A DNA stretch of 64,000 bases from Abditibacterium sp. (GCA_965199495.1 CBDASK010000003.1:4384001-4448000); one strand, 5' to 3'. Counted from the stretch's first letter, positions 1 to 11,082 are shown. Numbers and translations: made by a program. The notes: a model not told the origin generated them from the sequence alone.

Positions 1-1908
1 AAAGCCGTCACTGCGTGGAACGATTTGCTGGGCCAAATCGAAGTTGAAAGTAAAGACCCGAAAATCGCGCGCACGTTCTACTCGAATGTGTATCAATCGT
101 CGCTCGGCCCGGTCTTGTTCAACGATGTGGACGGCGCCTATCGCGGCGCCGACGGCCAGAATCATAGGGGCGCCGGTTTCCAGAATTACACCACGTTTTC
201 GCTGTGGGATACCTTTCGCGCGCAAAACCCGCTGATGACCATCACGCAGCCCAGTCGCGTTTCGGACATCGTCAATACTTTGGTCGCGTTCGAGAAAGAG
301 CGCGGCAAAGACGAGATGCCGGTTTGGACGTTGTGGGGCAACGAAACCAACACGATGATCGGCTACAACTCGGCGCCGGTCGTCGTTGATGCGTATCTCA
401 AAGGTTTCAAGGGTTTCGACGCCGAAGCCGCGTATCAGGCGCTCAAGCGCACGGCTTTGAACGGGCGCAACGGTCAAGACGATTTCAACAAAACCGGTTA
501 CGTCGTTTCGGGTGTGACCGGCGAATCGGTTTCGCGCTCGCTTGAATACGCCTATGACGATTGGTGCATCGCGCAGATGGCCCAGAAGTTGGGGCACACC
601 GACGATGCCAAAATGTTTTTGGCGCGCGCGGCGAACTTTACCAATTTGTTCGACAGTTCGACCGGTTTCATGCGCGGGCGCAAAGCGAGCGGCGCGTGGA
701 GCCGTCCGTTCGATCCCAAAGTTGGCAGCGGAGATTTTACCCAAGCGAATCCGTGGCAAAACACCTGGGCCGTGATGCAAGACCCGCAAAAATTGGTCTC
801 CATGATGGGCGGCGACGCGGCGTTTATCAATAAGTTGGACGGCCTGTTTAACGAAGGCGGCGAGAAATCGAACTACATCGGCGCGACTGGACTCATCGGC
901 CAATATGCGCACGGCAACGAGCCGGTGCATCACGTCGCCTATCTGTTCAATTACGCGGGCGCGCCCTTTAAAACTCAGTTTCGCGTGCGCCAGGTGATGA
1001 GTTCGTTTTACAGCGATACCGCCGCCGGTTCGCCCGGCAACAACGATGTCGGCCAGATGTCGGCGTGGTATATTTTCAGCGCATTAGGTTTTTACCCGGT
1101 CAATCCCGCGCAGGGCGTCTACGTTTTGGGTAGCCCCGCCGTGGATAAAGCGACGATTCACCTCGATCCAAAACTCTACGGTGGCAAGACTTTCACCATC
1201 ACGGCGCAGAACAATTCGCCGCAAAACGTCTATATTCAATCGGCCACGCTCGACGGCCAGCCGTTGACAAAAAGTTATATCACGCACCAGCAGTTGACCA
1301 GAGGCGGCACTTTGAATTTCGTGATGGGGCCGAATCCGAACATGAACTGGGGCAAGGCGCCCGCATCGCGCCCGCCGTCGGGGATGCCGAATAATTATGC
1401 GTATGCAGCCACTCCCGAAGGCTCGAAGCCGGTGAACGTGAATTGGAAATTGCCGATTCGCGTGGCGCCCGGTTTGGAAGAAGCGACCGATGGTTGGTTG
1501 CCCGATTTCACCGTTGATGCCGGTTCATTCAACGCCAAAGACGTGAAAGTTGATACCAATGTGCCCAACGCGGCGCCGGAAAAAATTTACCAGACCGAGC
1601 GTTACGGCAACGACGTGACCTACACTTATCCCGTGCCCAAAGGCGCGACTTACACGGTGCGTTTGCACTTCGCCGAGATTTTCTCGCCCCAACCGGGAGG
1701 CCGTTTGGAGAACATTTCGCTGAACGGAAAGGTCGTGTTGCCCAAACTCGACATCGCCGCCGAAGTTGGTCAAAACAAAGCCCTTGTGAAAGAGTTCGAT
1801 AACGTCGCGCCCGATGCCAATGGCAACGTCGTGATTCGCGTGCAAGCCGATCCAAGTAGCAAAGATCAGAACTCGAAAATTAGCGCGATTGAAATATTGA
1901 AGCCGTAG
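1..1908 (+). CDS. GH92 alpha-mannosidase with C-terminal malectin-like domain (5'-partial)
   Basis: Frame is open from base 1. GH92 motifs FSLWDTFRA, SRSLEYAYDD, GQYAHGNEP and GNNDVGQMSAW. The C-terminus (IYQTERYG..YTVRLHFAEI..ISAIEIL) is malectin-like. Confidence 0.92.
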   Translation, partial: KAVTAWNDLLGQIEVESKDPKIARTFYSNVYQSSLGPVLFNDVDGAYRGADGQNHRGAGFQNYTTFSLWDTFRAQNPLMTITQPSRVSDIVNTLVAFEKERGKDEMPVWTLWGNETNTMIGYNSAPVVVDAYLKGFKGFDAEAAYQALKRTALNGRNGQDDFNKTGYVVSGVTGESVSRSLEYAYDDWCIAQMAQKLGHTDDAKMFLARAANFTNLFDSSTGFMRGRKASGAWSRPFDPKVGSGDFTQANPWQNTWAVMQDPQKLVSMMGGDAAFINKLDGLFNEGGEKSNYIGATGLIGQYAHGNEPVHHVAYLFNYAGAPFKTQFRVRQVMSSFYSDTAAGSPGNNDVGQMSAWYIFSALGFYPVNPAQGVYVLGSPAVDKATIHLDPKLYGGKTFTITAQNNSPQNVYIQSATLDGQPLTKSYITHQQLTRGGTLNFVMGPNPNMNWGKAPASRPPSGMPNNYAYAATPEGSKPVNVNWKLPIRVAPGLEEATDGWLPDFTVDAGSFNAKDVKVDTNVPNAAPEKIYQTERYGNDVTYTYPVPKGATYTVRLHFAEIFSPQPGGRLENISLNGKVVLPKLDIAAEVGQNKALVKEFDNVAPDANGNVVIRVQADPSSKDQNSKISAIEILKP

Positions 1909-1918
1909 CCAATTCGTT

Positions 1919-1949
1919 CCGTAGAGACACCGACTTGTCGTCTCTACGG
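1919..1949. repeat. Collapsed GTAG-type REP doublet
   Basis: CCGTAGAGAC-accgacttgtc-GTCTCTACGG; same ends as the full doublets at 12416, 25331 and 48703. Confidence 0.75.
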
Positions 1950-1957
1950 GGCAAACG

Positions 1958-1993
1958 AAAAAGCCCGCCATCATCCAAATGGCGGGCTTTTTT
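1958..1993. terminator. Bidirectional intrinsic terminator
   Basis: AAAAAGCCCGCCAT...ATGGCGGGCTTTTTT between convergent genes. Confidence 0.85.
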
Positions 1994-2005
1994 ACTCACT
2001 CCAAA

Positions 2006-5000
2006 CTAACCCGCCGGAACCACGCTCAACTCAGCCAGCGTCGCCAAACCCTGTCCGCTGCGTTCGCTTTTGACCACGATTTTGAGGTAACGCGCCGTCT
2101 GGGGCGCGTCCAAACTAATTCTCTGCTGCGTGCCTTCGTTGGCCAGCGTGCCGGTTTTCACTGGTGTGCCGAAATCATCGGCATCGTTGCTCAGATACAG
2201 TTCGTAATCCCCAATGCGCCCGTTGCTGCCATCGGCGCGCGGCGTCAGCAAAACGGCTTGGATGTTCTGTGGCGTCGCCATATCCACGCTAATCCATTGC
2301 GGCAGTTCGGTTTTGTCGGGCGAATAGCGCGAATGCCAGAACGTCGTTTCGTCGCCATCGAAAATATTCGAGGGCGTTCCTTCGCCATTCTGAAAACTGC
2401 TGGCGCTCGCCTTCCACTGGCTGCGCGCGACGAACGCATCAACCGGCACGGCGCTCTCGAAACTCTGGCCGTTAGCGCCGTGGCTGCGCACGCGCACCAG
2501 TCCGCCGCTTCCGAACGCGAATGCGCGCGTGTAAGGCTGATAATCGGCGTCGCCCAGCGCGTATTCGATTTTGTCGCCGTTGGCGTCGAGCGAAATCAGA
2601 CCGCTTTTATCGCGCGTCACCAAAACCGGCCACGCGCGATTGGCCGGAGCCACCACGCGCGCCACAGCAGCCACGTCGCCCGCCTTCGTGGGCAACAGGC
2701 GCAATCCATAGGAAAACGCCGTCGCGTTGGTGCGCACCATGCACTCCGCCGTCGGGCGCGGGCCACAACTCGCCGAACCCACGCCCAGAGTTTTCGAGGC
2801 CAAATTCAACACCGTCGCGTTCGAGGGCGGCAAATCCACCTTGTATTCGATGGGGTTCATCGTCTCGTCGGTGTATGGCAACGCCGAAAACTGCAAGGGA
2901 GCGCCCTGCGATTGCACCAACAACGTCGGCATCGCGCCGCCTTTGAGTGCGACCCAGCGCGCGTCTTCGTGGTTGCCTTGCTCCATCGGTTTGGCATAGC
3001 CCGTCATCTGCTGCGCGACCGTGCTGGAATAACGCCCGACATCCGAGCCGCGCTTGCGATCAACGTAATTTTCCATTGGCCCACGCGCCAGATATTCGAC
3101 GTTATCCAGTTTTTTATCGAGCAACATTCGCACGCCCATGCGCGCCAAAACGATGTCCGGCCCGCGCGGCACGACCGCGTTATCGGCGACGATGAAGCCG
3201 TCGCCGTAAACCGAGTATTTCACCGAATGCGTCACGGCAAACCCGCTTTTGCCCGTCAGTTGTAGCGTCTCGTCCACGCTCACTTGCGACGGCGAAACCT
3301 GCACAACTTTCATATTCACCAGTTCGGTTTTCAGGTCGTTCAAATCCGTGCTGTCCCAGCCACCCGCCGCATACATATCGTCGTTGCGGTGCGGCGCGCG
3401 CCACAGGTTCAATTTCGGGCCGCCGCCTTCCAACAACAAATTGGTGCCGCCGCGCGCCAAACGCACGATTTCGCCGGATTTGTCGTCGAACGCAATTTCA
3501 AAACCGTCGCCACGAATCGTCGTTTCTCCCGCGTTTTTGGCGATTTGCAATGGCTTCATGTTCGCCGTGGCTACTACCGGCGCTGGCGCCGCCATCGGCA
3601 ATTCCATCTGCGCGCGCGCCATTTCCGTTCCCGACGGCGCCCAATTCGCGTCTTTGTCGGTTACCATCGCCACGTTGAGATGATAAACCGCGCCCGTTTT
3701 GGGCGCGAACTTTTTTATCGGAATCGTTAGCGTCGTTTCTGCGCCCGGCGCCAACTTCAGCGCGGGCAAGTTGCCGTTTCGCACGGTCTTGCCGTCTTCG
3801 GTCACCGACCAGTAACCGCGAAATCCGCTCAAATCAATGAACGCATATTTGTTCTTGATTTTGATTTGGCCTTTGCTTAAATCCACTGGAGCGAATTTAA
3901 TCCACTGGTAAACGCGCTTAACTTCGGGATAGTGCGGTTTGGGCGAACGGTCGGAGAAAACCACGCCTTTGTGGATGAAATAATGGTCGTTGGGAAACTC
4001 GCCGAAACCGCCGCCGTAGGCGATATATTGGCGGTTCGGGTCGCGCCGATTCCAGATGCCCTGATCTTCCCACTCCCAAATCGCGCCGCCCAGCAGCGAC
4101 GGATAGGCGTCGAAAACATCGTTATATTCGCCCAGCGCGCCCATCGAATTGAACATCGCGTGCGCGTATTCGCACAGATACATCGGCTTGGTGTAATCGG
4201 CATTTTGCGCGATGCCCGCGAGCGGATTGGGCTGCGTATACATCTGCGAATCAATGCCCGCCGGGTTGTTGTCGCCGATGCCGAAACCTTCGTAATGCGT
4301 CGGACGAGTCGCGTCCAATTCGCGCACTTTGGCTTCGGCGACGCGCAAATTGGGGCCGCGCCCCGATTCGTTGCCCAGCGACCAAATGATGATGGACGGA
4401 TGATTCTTGAAATTTTCGACGTTGGCGACGTTTCGATCCACGAACATCTTTTCCATGCGCGGCTCGCTCGAAAGCCGCTGGTTGCCGTGACATTCCAAAT
4501 TCGCTTCGCCGACCAGATACAAACCGTATTCGTCGCACAGCTCATACCAACGCGGATCGTCGCTGTAGTGCGACGTGCGAACGTGATTGCAGTTGGCGCG
4601 CTTGAGCAGCAAAATGTCCTGAATCATGTTTTCTTCGGTGACATAATGGCCGGTGTTGACGTTGCTTTCGTGCCGGTTGGCGCCCTTGAGCTTGATCGGT
4701 TGGCCGTTGACCAAGAACTCGCGGCCCCGAATCTCGATTTCTCGAAAACCGACGCGCTGCGACAACAATTCGGGCACGGCGCCATCTTGCGACAAACTCA
4801 AAACGGCGGTATAAAGATTGGGCGTTTCCGCCGTCCATTTGGCCGGATTCGCGACTGGCATCGCAACCGAAACCGCCGTTTCGGCGCCCGCTTCGAGCGC
4901 GGGAACGATCACTTGCACCGGCGCGCCCACGCGCTGGTTGGCTTTGTCGAAAAGCGTCACATTCAAGCGGCGCGCGCCGACCGATTGCGCGCTGTAATTG

Positions 5001-5824
5001 TGAATCTTGGCGGCGACTTTCATGGTCGCGTTGCGATATTGCGCATCCAAATCGGTGGTAATTGCAAAATCGCGCGCGTGAACATCGGGCGCACTCCATA
5101 AGGTCACATTGCGAAAAATGCCCGACAAACGCCACATATCCTGATCTTCGAGATAGGAACCGGTCGTGTAGCGATAAACCTCGACCGCCAATTTGTTGGC
5201 GCCGCCCGCGTTGAGATAGGGCGTAATATCGAACTCGGCGGCGTTGCGTGAGTTCTCGCTATAACCGACTTTGCGCCCGTTAATCCACAGAAAAAATCCG
5301 GCGTCCACGCCATCGAACGTCAGAAACGTGCGGCGCCCGTTCCAATTCGCCGGGACAGAAAAATCGCGGCGATAACTGCCGACGGGATTGCGCTCTTCGT
5401 AGGCGGTATAATTCTTGGGCGGCTCGCTCATCACGCGCGGAAAATCGTTCTGGAAGGTGTAGCCGATATTGCGATAATAGGGCGTGCCATAGCCGTGCAA
5501 CTGCCAGTTCGAGGGCACCGAAATCGTCTTCCACGCGCTGTCATCGAAATCGGTTTTGAAGAAATCAAGCGGACGCATTTCGGGGCGCGCCACATAATTA
5601 AATTTCCAATCGCCGTTCAAGCTGCGCGCCCACGACGACGCGCGGCGGTCGGCTTTGAGCGCCTCGGCTTGATCGGCATAAGGCATCAGCGTGGCGTGCC
5701 ACGGTTGTTTGTTTTCGCCGATAACCGAAGGGTCTTCGATTTCGGCGGGAATCGGCGCGTTTTGCGCCCAACTGGTCATCGGTGCGGACATAATCAGGCC
5801 GCCGAGTAACAAAAATTTGTTCAT
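2006..5824 (-). CDS. lacZ: GH2 beta-galactosidase (LacZ/EbgA type) with signal peptide and C-terminal F5/8 (discoidin/CBM32-like) domain
   Basis: Motifs GSYLEDQDMWRLSGIFRNV, VRTSHY, WSLGNES and LCEYAHAM. The C-terminus (FDGDETTFWHS..WISVDM..ARYLKIV) is F5/8-like. Confidence 0.92.
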   Translation of the reverse strand: MNKFLLLGGLIMSAPMTSWAQNAPIPAEIEDPSVIGENKQPWHATLMPYADQAEALKADRRASSWARSLNGDWKFNYVARPEMRPLDFFKTDFDDSAWKTISVPSNWQLHGYGTPYYRNIGYTFQNDFPRVMSEPPKNYTAYEERNPVGSYRRDFSVPANWNGRRTFLTFDGVDAGFFLWINGRKVGYSENSRNAAEFDITPYLNAGGANKLAVEVYRYTTGSYLEDQDMWRLSGIFRNVTLWSAPDVHARDFAITTDLDAQYRNATMKVAAKIHNYSAQSVGARRLNVTLFDKANQRVGAPVQVIVPALEAGAETAVSVAMPVANPAKWTAETPNLYTAVLSLSQDGAVPELLSQRVGFREIEIRGREFLVNGQPIKLKGANRHESNVNTGHYVTEENMIQDILLLKRANCNHVRTSHYSDDPRWYELCDEYGLYLVGEANLECHGNQRLSSEPRMEKMFVDRNVANVENFKNHPSIIIWSLGNESGRGPNLRVAEAKVRELDATRPTHYEGFGIGDNNPAGIDSQMYTQPNPLAGIAQNADYTKPMYLCEYAHAMFNSMGALGEYNDVFDAYPSLLGGAIWEWEDQGIWNRRDPNRQYIAYGGGFGEFPNDHYFIHKGVVFSDRSPKPHYPEVKRVYQWIKFAPVDLSKGQIKIKNKYAFIDLSGFRGYWSVTEDGKTVRNGNLPALKLAPGAETTLTIPIKKFAPKTGAVYHLNVAMVTDKDANWAPSGTEMARAQMELPMAAPAPVVATANMKPLQIAKNAGETTIRGDGFEIAFDDKSGEIVRLARGGTNLLLEGGGPKLNLWRAPHRNDDMYAAGGWDSTDLNDLKTELVNMKVVQVSPSQVSVDETLQLTGKSGFAVTHSVKYSVYGDGFIVADNAVVPRGPDIVLARMGVRMLLDKKLDNVEYLARGPMENYVDRKRGSDVGRYSSTVAQQMTGYAKPMEQGNHEDARWVALKGGAMPTLLVQSQGAPLQFSALPYTDETMNPIEYKVDLPPSNATVLNLASKTLGVGSASCGPRPTAECMVRTNATAFSYGLRLLPTKAGDVAAVARVVAPANRAWPVLVTRDKSGLISLDANGDKIEYALGDADYQPYTRAFAFGSGGLVRVRSHGANGQSFESAVPVDAFVARSQWKASASSFQNGEGTPSNIFDGDETTFWHSRYSPDKTELPQWISVDMATPQNIQAVLLTPRADGSNGRIGDYELYLSNDADDFGTPVKTGTLANEGTQQRISLDAPQTARYLKIVVKSERSGQGLATLAELSVVPAG

Positions 5825-5879
5825 AATTTGGGGAATTGGACAAAAGATTTAACTGAGACGACTCTTAGTTTAACAAGTT

Positions 5880-5895
5880 GCCCCGGCGTCGGGGC
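5880..5895. promoter_or_regulatory. GC-rich palindrome; candidate operator or 5' hairpin
   Basis: GCCCCGGCGTCGGGGC; its reverse complement differs by 1 nt from the copy at 19470-19485. Confidence 0.5.
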
Positions 5896-5912
5896 TTTTA
5901 AAAAAGTCTCCT

Positions 5913-5941
5913 AATGTATCGAGTGATGTGGCGACACAAAC
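5913..5941 (-). promoter_or_regulatory. Putative promoter GTTTGT-N17-TACATT for the GH2 gene
   Basis: Same GTTTG/17-nt/TAnnnT geometry as five other sites in the window. Confidence 0.45.
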
Positions 5942-6155
5942 CTCTTTATTTTTTGCTCCTGCGCTGGGGCAACGAATTAAACTATTTATAGAACTCACTT
6001 TTATCAACGCGATTGAATGCCCCAATTTTCGAGTTGCGGACACCAGCGAAAGTCATCGTGTCGGGATTTGCGCCGCATTTGGATGCGGCGTGGTTGTCCA
6101 ACGATGCGCTCGCAGAGCAACGAAATTCGTATTTCTCGTAGAAACTAAACTTCCC

Positions 6156-8315
6156 ATGCAACATTCTTTTCGTGTCTCGCGCTTTGGGCGCGTTGCCCCT
6201 CTGCTCTGCCTTTTGACGGCGCTGTTTTTCTCGGCTCAAGCGAGTTGGGCCGACGACGGTTATCGCCTGTGGATGCGCTACGACTCCCTACCCGCGCCCA
6301 ATATCGCCGTTTATCGCCAGCAGGTTTCCTCGATTGTCGTGACGGGCGATTCGCCCACGCTGACCGCGATTCGTAGCGAATTGGCGCGCGGTTGCGCCGG
6401 ATTGCTCGGCCAAAACGTGCCGCTCGCCAGCGCAGTCAACCGCAATGGCGCGCTCGTCGTAGGCACGCCGCAAAGTTCGCCCCTCATCAAAAATCTGAAA
6501 TGAGATAAACAACTCGGCGCGGCTGGGCCGCAAGGTTTTATCATGCGCTCGACGCAAATCGGGCCGCGCCGCGCGACGGTTATCGCTTCGCAAAGCGAAG
6601 TCGGCGCGCTTTATGGCGCGTTCGATTTGTTGCGCCGCATGGGCACGTTGCAGCCGATTAACGCATTGAACGTGAGCCAAAAGCCGCGTTTCGAGCTGCG
6701 GATGCTCGATCATTGGGACGATTTGGACGGCTCGGTCGGGCGCGGCTACGCGGGCAAATCGCTGTGGAAGTGGGACGAATTGCCTAAAGTGGACGCGCGC
6801 TTGTTGGATTACGCGCGTGCCAACGCGTCGTTGGGAATTAACGGCGCGGTTTTGAATAACGTCAACGCCAGCGCGCAGAGTTTGGCGCCAGATTACCTGA
6901 AAAAGACGGCGGCCATCGCCGATGCGTGGCGCCCCTACGGAATTCGGGTTTATCTGTCGGCGCGTTTTTCGTCGCCCATCGAACTGGGCGGATTGAAAAC
7001 CGCCGATCCGCTCGATCCCCAGGTCGCGGCCTGGTGGAAAGCCAAGGCTGACGAGATTTACGCGCTAATTCCCGATTTCGGCGGTTTTGTGGTCAAGGCC
7101 GACAGCGAGGGCCAGCCGGGGCCGCTCACCTACAAGCGCAGCCACGCCGATGGCGCCAATATGTTGGCCGCTGCGCTCGCGCCGCACAACGGCATCGTGA
7201 TGTGGCGCGCCTTTGTTTACGCGCCCAAACCCGGCTCCGACCGCATCGCCCAATCCTACGACGAGTTCAAGCCATTGGACGGCAAGTTCGCGCCCAACGT
7301 GCTGTTGCAGATCAAAAATGGGCCGCTCGATTTTCAGCCGCGCGAGCCGTTTCACCCGCTCTTTGGCGCCATGCCCAAAACGCAATTGATGGCCGAATTG
7401 CAAATCACCCAGGAGTATCTGGGCCACGCTTCGCAACTCGCTTTTCTGGCGCCGATGTGGCACGAATTTCTCGATTCCGATACTTACGCCAAGGGCGCCG
7501 GTTCGACGGTGAAAAAAGTGCTGGACGGCAGCTTGACCGGCCAGAAACTTACTGGCATCGCCGGAGTTTCCAACATCGGCGACGACCGCAACTGGACGGG
7601 CAGCGATCTGGCTCAGGCCAACTGGTATGCTTTTGGTCGTCTGACCTGGAACCCCGATATCTCGTCGCAGCAGATCGCCAATGAGTGGAGTATGCTGACT
7701 TTCACGCGTAATCCGCAGGCCGTCGCCACGCTGTCTCGTTTGCTGCTTCAATCGCGCGAAGCCGTGGTGGATTACATGACGCCGCTCGGTCTGACGCATA
7801 TTATGATGGTGGGCAATCATTACGGCCCGCAACCGTGGCGCGGCATGAGCGACAATGGCGATACGACCGGCACTTTTCATCGGGCCGACGCGCAGGGTTT
7901 GGGCTACGACCGCACCGCGACCGGCAGCGACGCGGTGAGTCAGTATCAAGGGAAGACGCGCGAAAAATTCGCCGATATTTCTCAGACGCCCGACGATTTG
8001 TTGCTGTGGTTTCACCATGTGCCGTGGGACGCCAAAATGCGTTCGGGGCGCACGATGTGGGACGAATTGGCGCTGCACTATCAGCGCGGCGTGGATTGGA
8101 CGCGCCAAGCCCAAAAGGAGTGGGCGACGATGAAAGGCAGCGTTGACCCGCAACGCTACGACGCCGTGGCTGCGATGTTCGCCCAGCAGGAAAAAGACGC
8201 GATGTGGTGGCGCGATGCCTGCCTGCTCTACTTCCAAACCTTCTCCAAACGCCCCTTACCAGTTGGCGTCGAGAAATCGGGGGCGACGTTGGAAGAGTTC
8301 AAAGCGCGCCAGTAA
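6156..8315 (+). pseudogene. aguA: GH67 alpha-glucuronidase split by an in-frame TGA at 6501-6503
   Basis: ORFs 5928..6503 and 6543..8315 share a frame. Signal peptide followed by DDGYRLWMRY; motifs [42 protein letters not shown] and [10 protein letters not shown]. Confidence 0.88.
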
Positions 8316-8322
8316 AGACGGG

Positions 8323-8370
8323 AAAATCGGCGGCAAACCACTTTCGGTTTGCCGCCGATTTTTCTTTTTT
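8323..8370. terminator. Intrinsic terminator between convergent genes
   Basis: AAAATCGGCGGCAAACC...GGTTTGCCGCCGATTTT followed by a T-tract. Confidence 0.85.
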
Positions 8371-8402
8371 CAAGGTTTGGCGCTTGGCTTCGATTCCGCG
8401 CT

Positions 8403-10382
8403 TTAGCCCTTCATAATGCGCGTCACGAAATCGGTATCAGCCGGAACCGCCACCGACAACATATAAACCCCGCCGCGCGCCAAATCGTAAGCTCGCTTGA
8501 AAGTTCCGGTCGTGTTGATACCGAATTCCAGCGTCGCGTAAGCCGTTTGGCCGCCGCACACGCGCTTCACACGCAAGTGGCGCCCGGCGAAAGCCGTGGT
8601 GTCGCCGCTCTTATAATCCCAGGCGTTGCCGTCAACTGTGATCGTATCTTCGGCATCGAGATAAAGCGGGATCTGCTCCGTGGCGGCTTCGCGCGTGCGC
8701 GTCGTTACTTCCACGGCGTTGTCGGTAATGCCGAAACTTTTGGAGATGCCTTTACCGTCAAAGTTGGTAGCGAATTGCAAATCGCCCGCTTCGACGGTGC
8801 CATCGGGCGTGGCTTTGTCGAATGACGCGGGCACCTTGAAGTCGAGGATGGACTTGCGGAAAGTATTCTCGTTGCCCATCTGCGTGAGGTAAGAGTTATG
8901 CGGCTCGTCGTTGCCCGAACGAATCAGGGTTCCAAAACCGGGCAACCACACCAAACCGATGCCCTTGACCTGACGGCTATCGCCCGCCCTACCCCAGTGC
9001 ATGGTGGCGTAAAAGCCCGGACGCCGCGCGAACAAATAAGCATCTTGCCCTGCCGCAACGGTGAAATAGCGCGTGAAACGTTGCTGGCTTAGCGTCGGCA
9101 ATTTAAGCATCTGCTCGCGGCGCTCGCCATCCGATTGCGTCCACATTCCCAGCGGCTCGAAATACATCGGGTAATTATGAAACGGATGGTAACCCGAAGT
9201 CATATCGCGCCCCGTCGGCCTATCTGCGGGCGGAATCGGATTCTTAAACCAGTTCGCGATGCGCGTCTCGCGCTCGGTGTCGGTCATGTTATAGCGTGTC
9301 TCGAAAGGCCGCGCTTCGGGCAAAACGCTCATGATATGGTTGTAATACCCGACCAACTCCGGCAACTTTGCGGGCGTCGTGCGCCCATTGCCAGCGACAT
9401 CCATCACGAACGTTTTGCCGTCGTTTTCCGGGACGGTATTAAGGGCGCACCATTCGTAATACTTGCGAAAAGAGTTGAGGATGCGCGGGTCACGACTCAA
9501 GATGAGCAGACGATCCATTTCCCATTCGGTGACCTGGCTGTAAGCGAAAGTTTCCACGCCGTCGCCTTCCAGCCAGAACAGCGAGGGTTGCGCATTTTCC
9601 AGCCAGTAATCGAGCCGGGTATCAAACATCGTCTTCCACTTCGCGTCGTTGGTCTGCTGCCACAGCCGATACATCGCGTAGAGCGAGCCGCAGTATTGGT
9701 TCGAGTAGTGAATGCCCTGATTGATCGCGCCCTCGTCGGTCGCCGACCAAACTACCGCTCGTTTGATCGAATCAAACAATTGCGCGCGTAGTTTCGGATC
9801 GGCGGTGCCGTCTTTGTCGAGCATCTCGCGCATATCGACCAGAAATTCCAAGACAAACGAAGTCGGCGGCAATTCTTGCGCGCCTTTGCCGCGATTCTCC
9901 GAAAAGCCGCCATCTTTGCCCTGCAAAGTCAGCCAGTAAGCGATACCCACTTCCATGCGGGCGCGCAAAATCTCGTCGTGATAGTATGGGTTCCACGGTT
10001 TGTTGAGCGTATAAGCCCACGCCAGCGTGTAAACCGGTTCCATCAAGCGCGCGTTGGTCGGCCCGCGCCCGCCATGACGGTAAAGGTTGGTTTTATACCA
10101 GCCGTAAGTCGGCGAGTTCGGATCGCCTTCCAGCCCGTTGGCCAGATCAGCCACGCCAGCCAGCGTTGCAATCAGGTTGGGCGATTGGGTGAGGGCGTCG
10201 CGCTCGATCCACGCGCGGTCGGCCAGCGTCCACTGCTCTTTTTTGAGTTCAAAGCGATTGGGCACGAGCGGCAGAACCTTGGGAGACGTGGACGTGGCTG
10301 GTGTCTGGGCGAAAGTTGGGGTTGAAGGCATCAGAGTCATAGCGCCAAGCAGAATGGCACAGGGTAAGGTGGGACGAATCAT
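8403..10382 (-). CDS. Secreted hypothetical protein (659 aa); possibly a lyase/hydrolase with an alpha/alpha toroid plus beta-sandwich
   Basis: Long ORF with a signal peptide (..PTFA|Q), a helical Trp/Tyr-rich N-terminal half and a beta-rich C-terminal half. No family motif recognised. Confidence 0.75.
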   Translation of the reverse strand: MIRPTLPCAILLGAMTLMPSTPTFAQTPATSTSPKVLPLVPNRFELKKEQWTLADRAWIERDALTQSPNLIATLAGVADLANGLEGDPNSPTYGWYKTNLYRHGGRGPTNARLMEPVYTLAWAYTLNKPWNPYYHDEILRARMEVGIAYWLTLQGKDGGFSENRGKGAQELPPTSFVLEFLVDMREMLDKDGTADPKLRAQLFDSIKRAVVWSATDEGAINQGIHYSNQYCGSLYAMYRLWQQTNDAKWKTMFDTRLDYWLENAQPSLFWLEGDGVETFAYSQVTEWEMDRLLILSRDPRILNSFRKYYEWCALNTVPENDGKTFVMDVAGNGRTTPAKLPELVGYYNHIMSVLPEARPFETRYNMTDTERETRIANWFKNPIPPADRPTGRDMTSGYHPFHNYPMYFEPLGMWTQSDGERREQMLKLPTLSQQRFTRYFTVAAGQDAYLFARRPGFYATMHWGRAGDSRQVKGIGLVWLPGFGTLIRSGNDEPHNSYLTQMGNENTFRKSILDFKVPASFDKATPDGTVEAGDLQFATNFDGKGISKSFGITDNAVEVTTRTREAATEQIPLYLDAEDTITVDGNAWDYKSGDTTAFAGRHLRVKRVCGGQTAYATLEFGINTTGTFKRAYDLARGGVYMLSVAVPADTDFVTRIMKG

Positions 10383-10863
10383 GGGTGAATCGGACGGAAG
10401 AATCTGTTTGATTTATCGTGGCGAAATCGTGTTCGCTCATCCGCGCCGTTCGCGTGTTTTGAGTTCAAGCGGGCGCGATTATGTTTTGTGAAAATTTTTC
10501 CTACCTCAGAAGTGACGACGTGCGAATGAATTCGCGCGTTTGGGGCAAAGCTAAGTTGCGAGGCGGTACGACTCTCTTACGCGCGCGGTTCACAACGGCG
10601 AACACAACCAGACCACACAAGGTGAGATTCATGTTTTAGCTGCGAAGGTTAAAATGCTCTGCGCATTGGATTCTGTCGCGGCAACACCGCGAAACAACGG
10701 CGTGGGCAAATTCGCACCGCGAACCAAATTCGCGCGCGGCCAATTCGATTTTACAAAATTTGTCCATTTTTCAAATTCAAAGTTATGAAATGAATGTAAA
10801 GGAAAGCCTCAAAACGAACAAACCGCTTTGAGGCTGAACTGAATAGAAAACCGTTACGAAGCA

Positions 10864-11082
10864 TTAATCGTGGACATGAAAAGTCGGCGAACCACCGAAA
10901 GTCGCGAAGGGAGTGTTCGCATGATAGATGAGTCCCCTGGGGCACTGGCGTTGGTTCTGGCCCATTTGACGTGCCCATCGGCGTAACAAGAAATTGGCGC
11001 CATCCAAATGCCGGTTCACGACGTCACTGGAGTAAGCGATACCCGTATTGCCCTTGGGCGGCGAACCAATGCTCGTGAGCTG
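10864..11082 (-). pseudogene. 3' relic of a DUF1559/H-X9-DG gene, paralogous to 18625..19410
   Basis: TSIGSPPKGNTGIAYSSDVVNRHLDGANFL...[20 protein letters not shown]. It carries a +1 and a -1 indel relative to the intact copy and lacks the pilin N-terminus. Downstream DNA (to about 10693, including the terminator) is also homologous. Confidence 0.9.

Noticed and set aside
6501..6503. TGA as recoded Trp or selenocysteine
   Set aside because: Many intact genes here end in TGA (e.g. 34316, 35487, 39247, 40441, 53337), and I see no reason for selenocysteine at this non-catalytic site.
10588..10602. 15-nt inverted match (GTTCACAACGGCGAA) to the GH28 gene near 18264
   Set aside because: Too short, and the similarity does not extend; probably chance.
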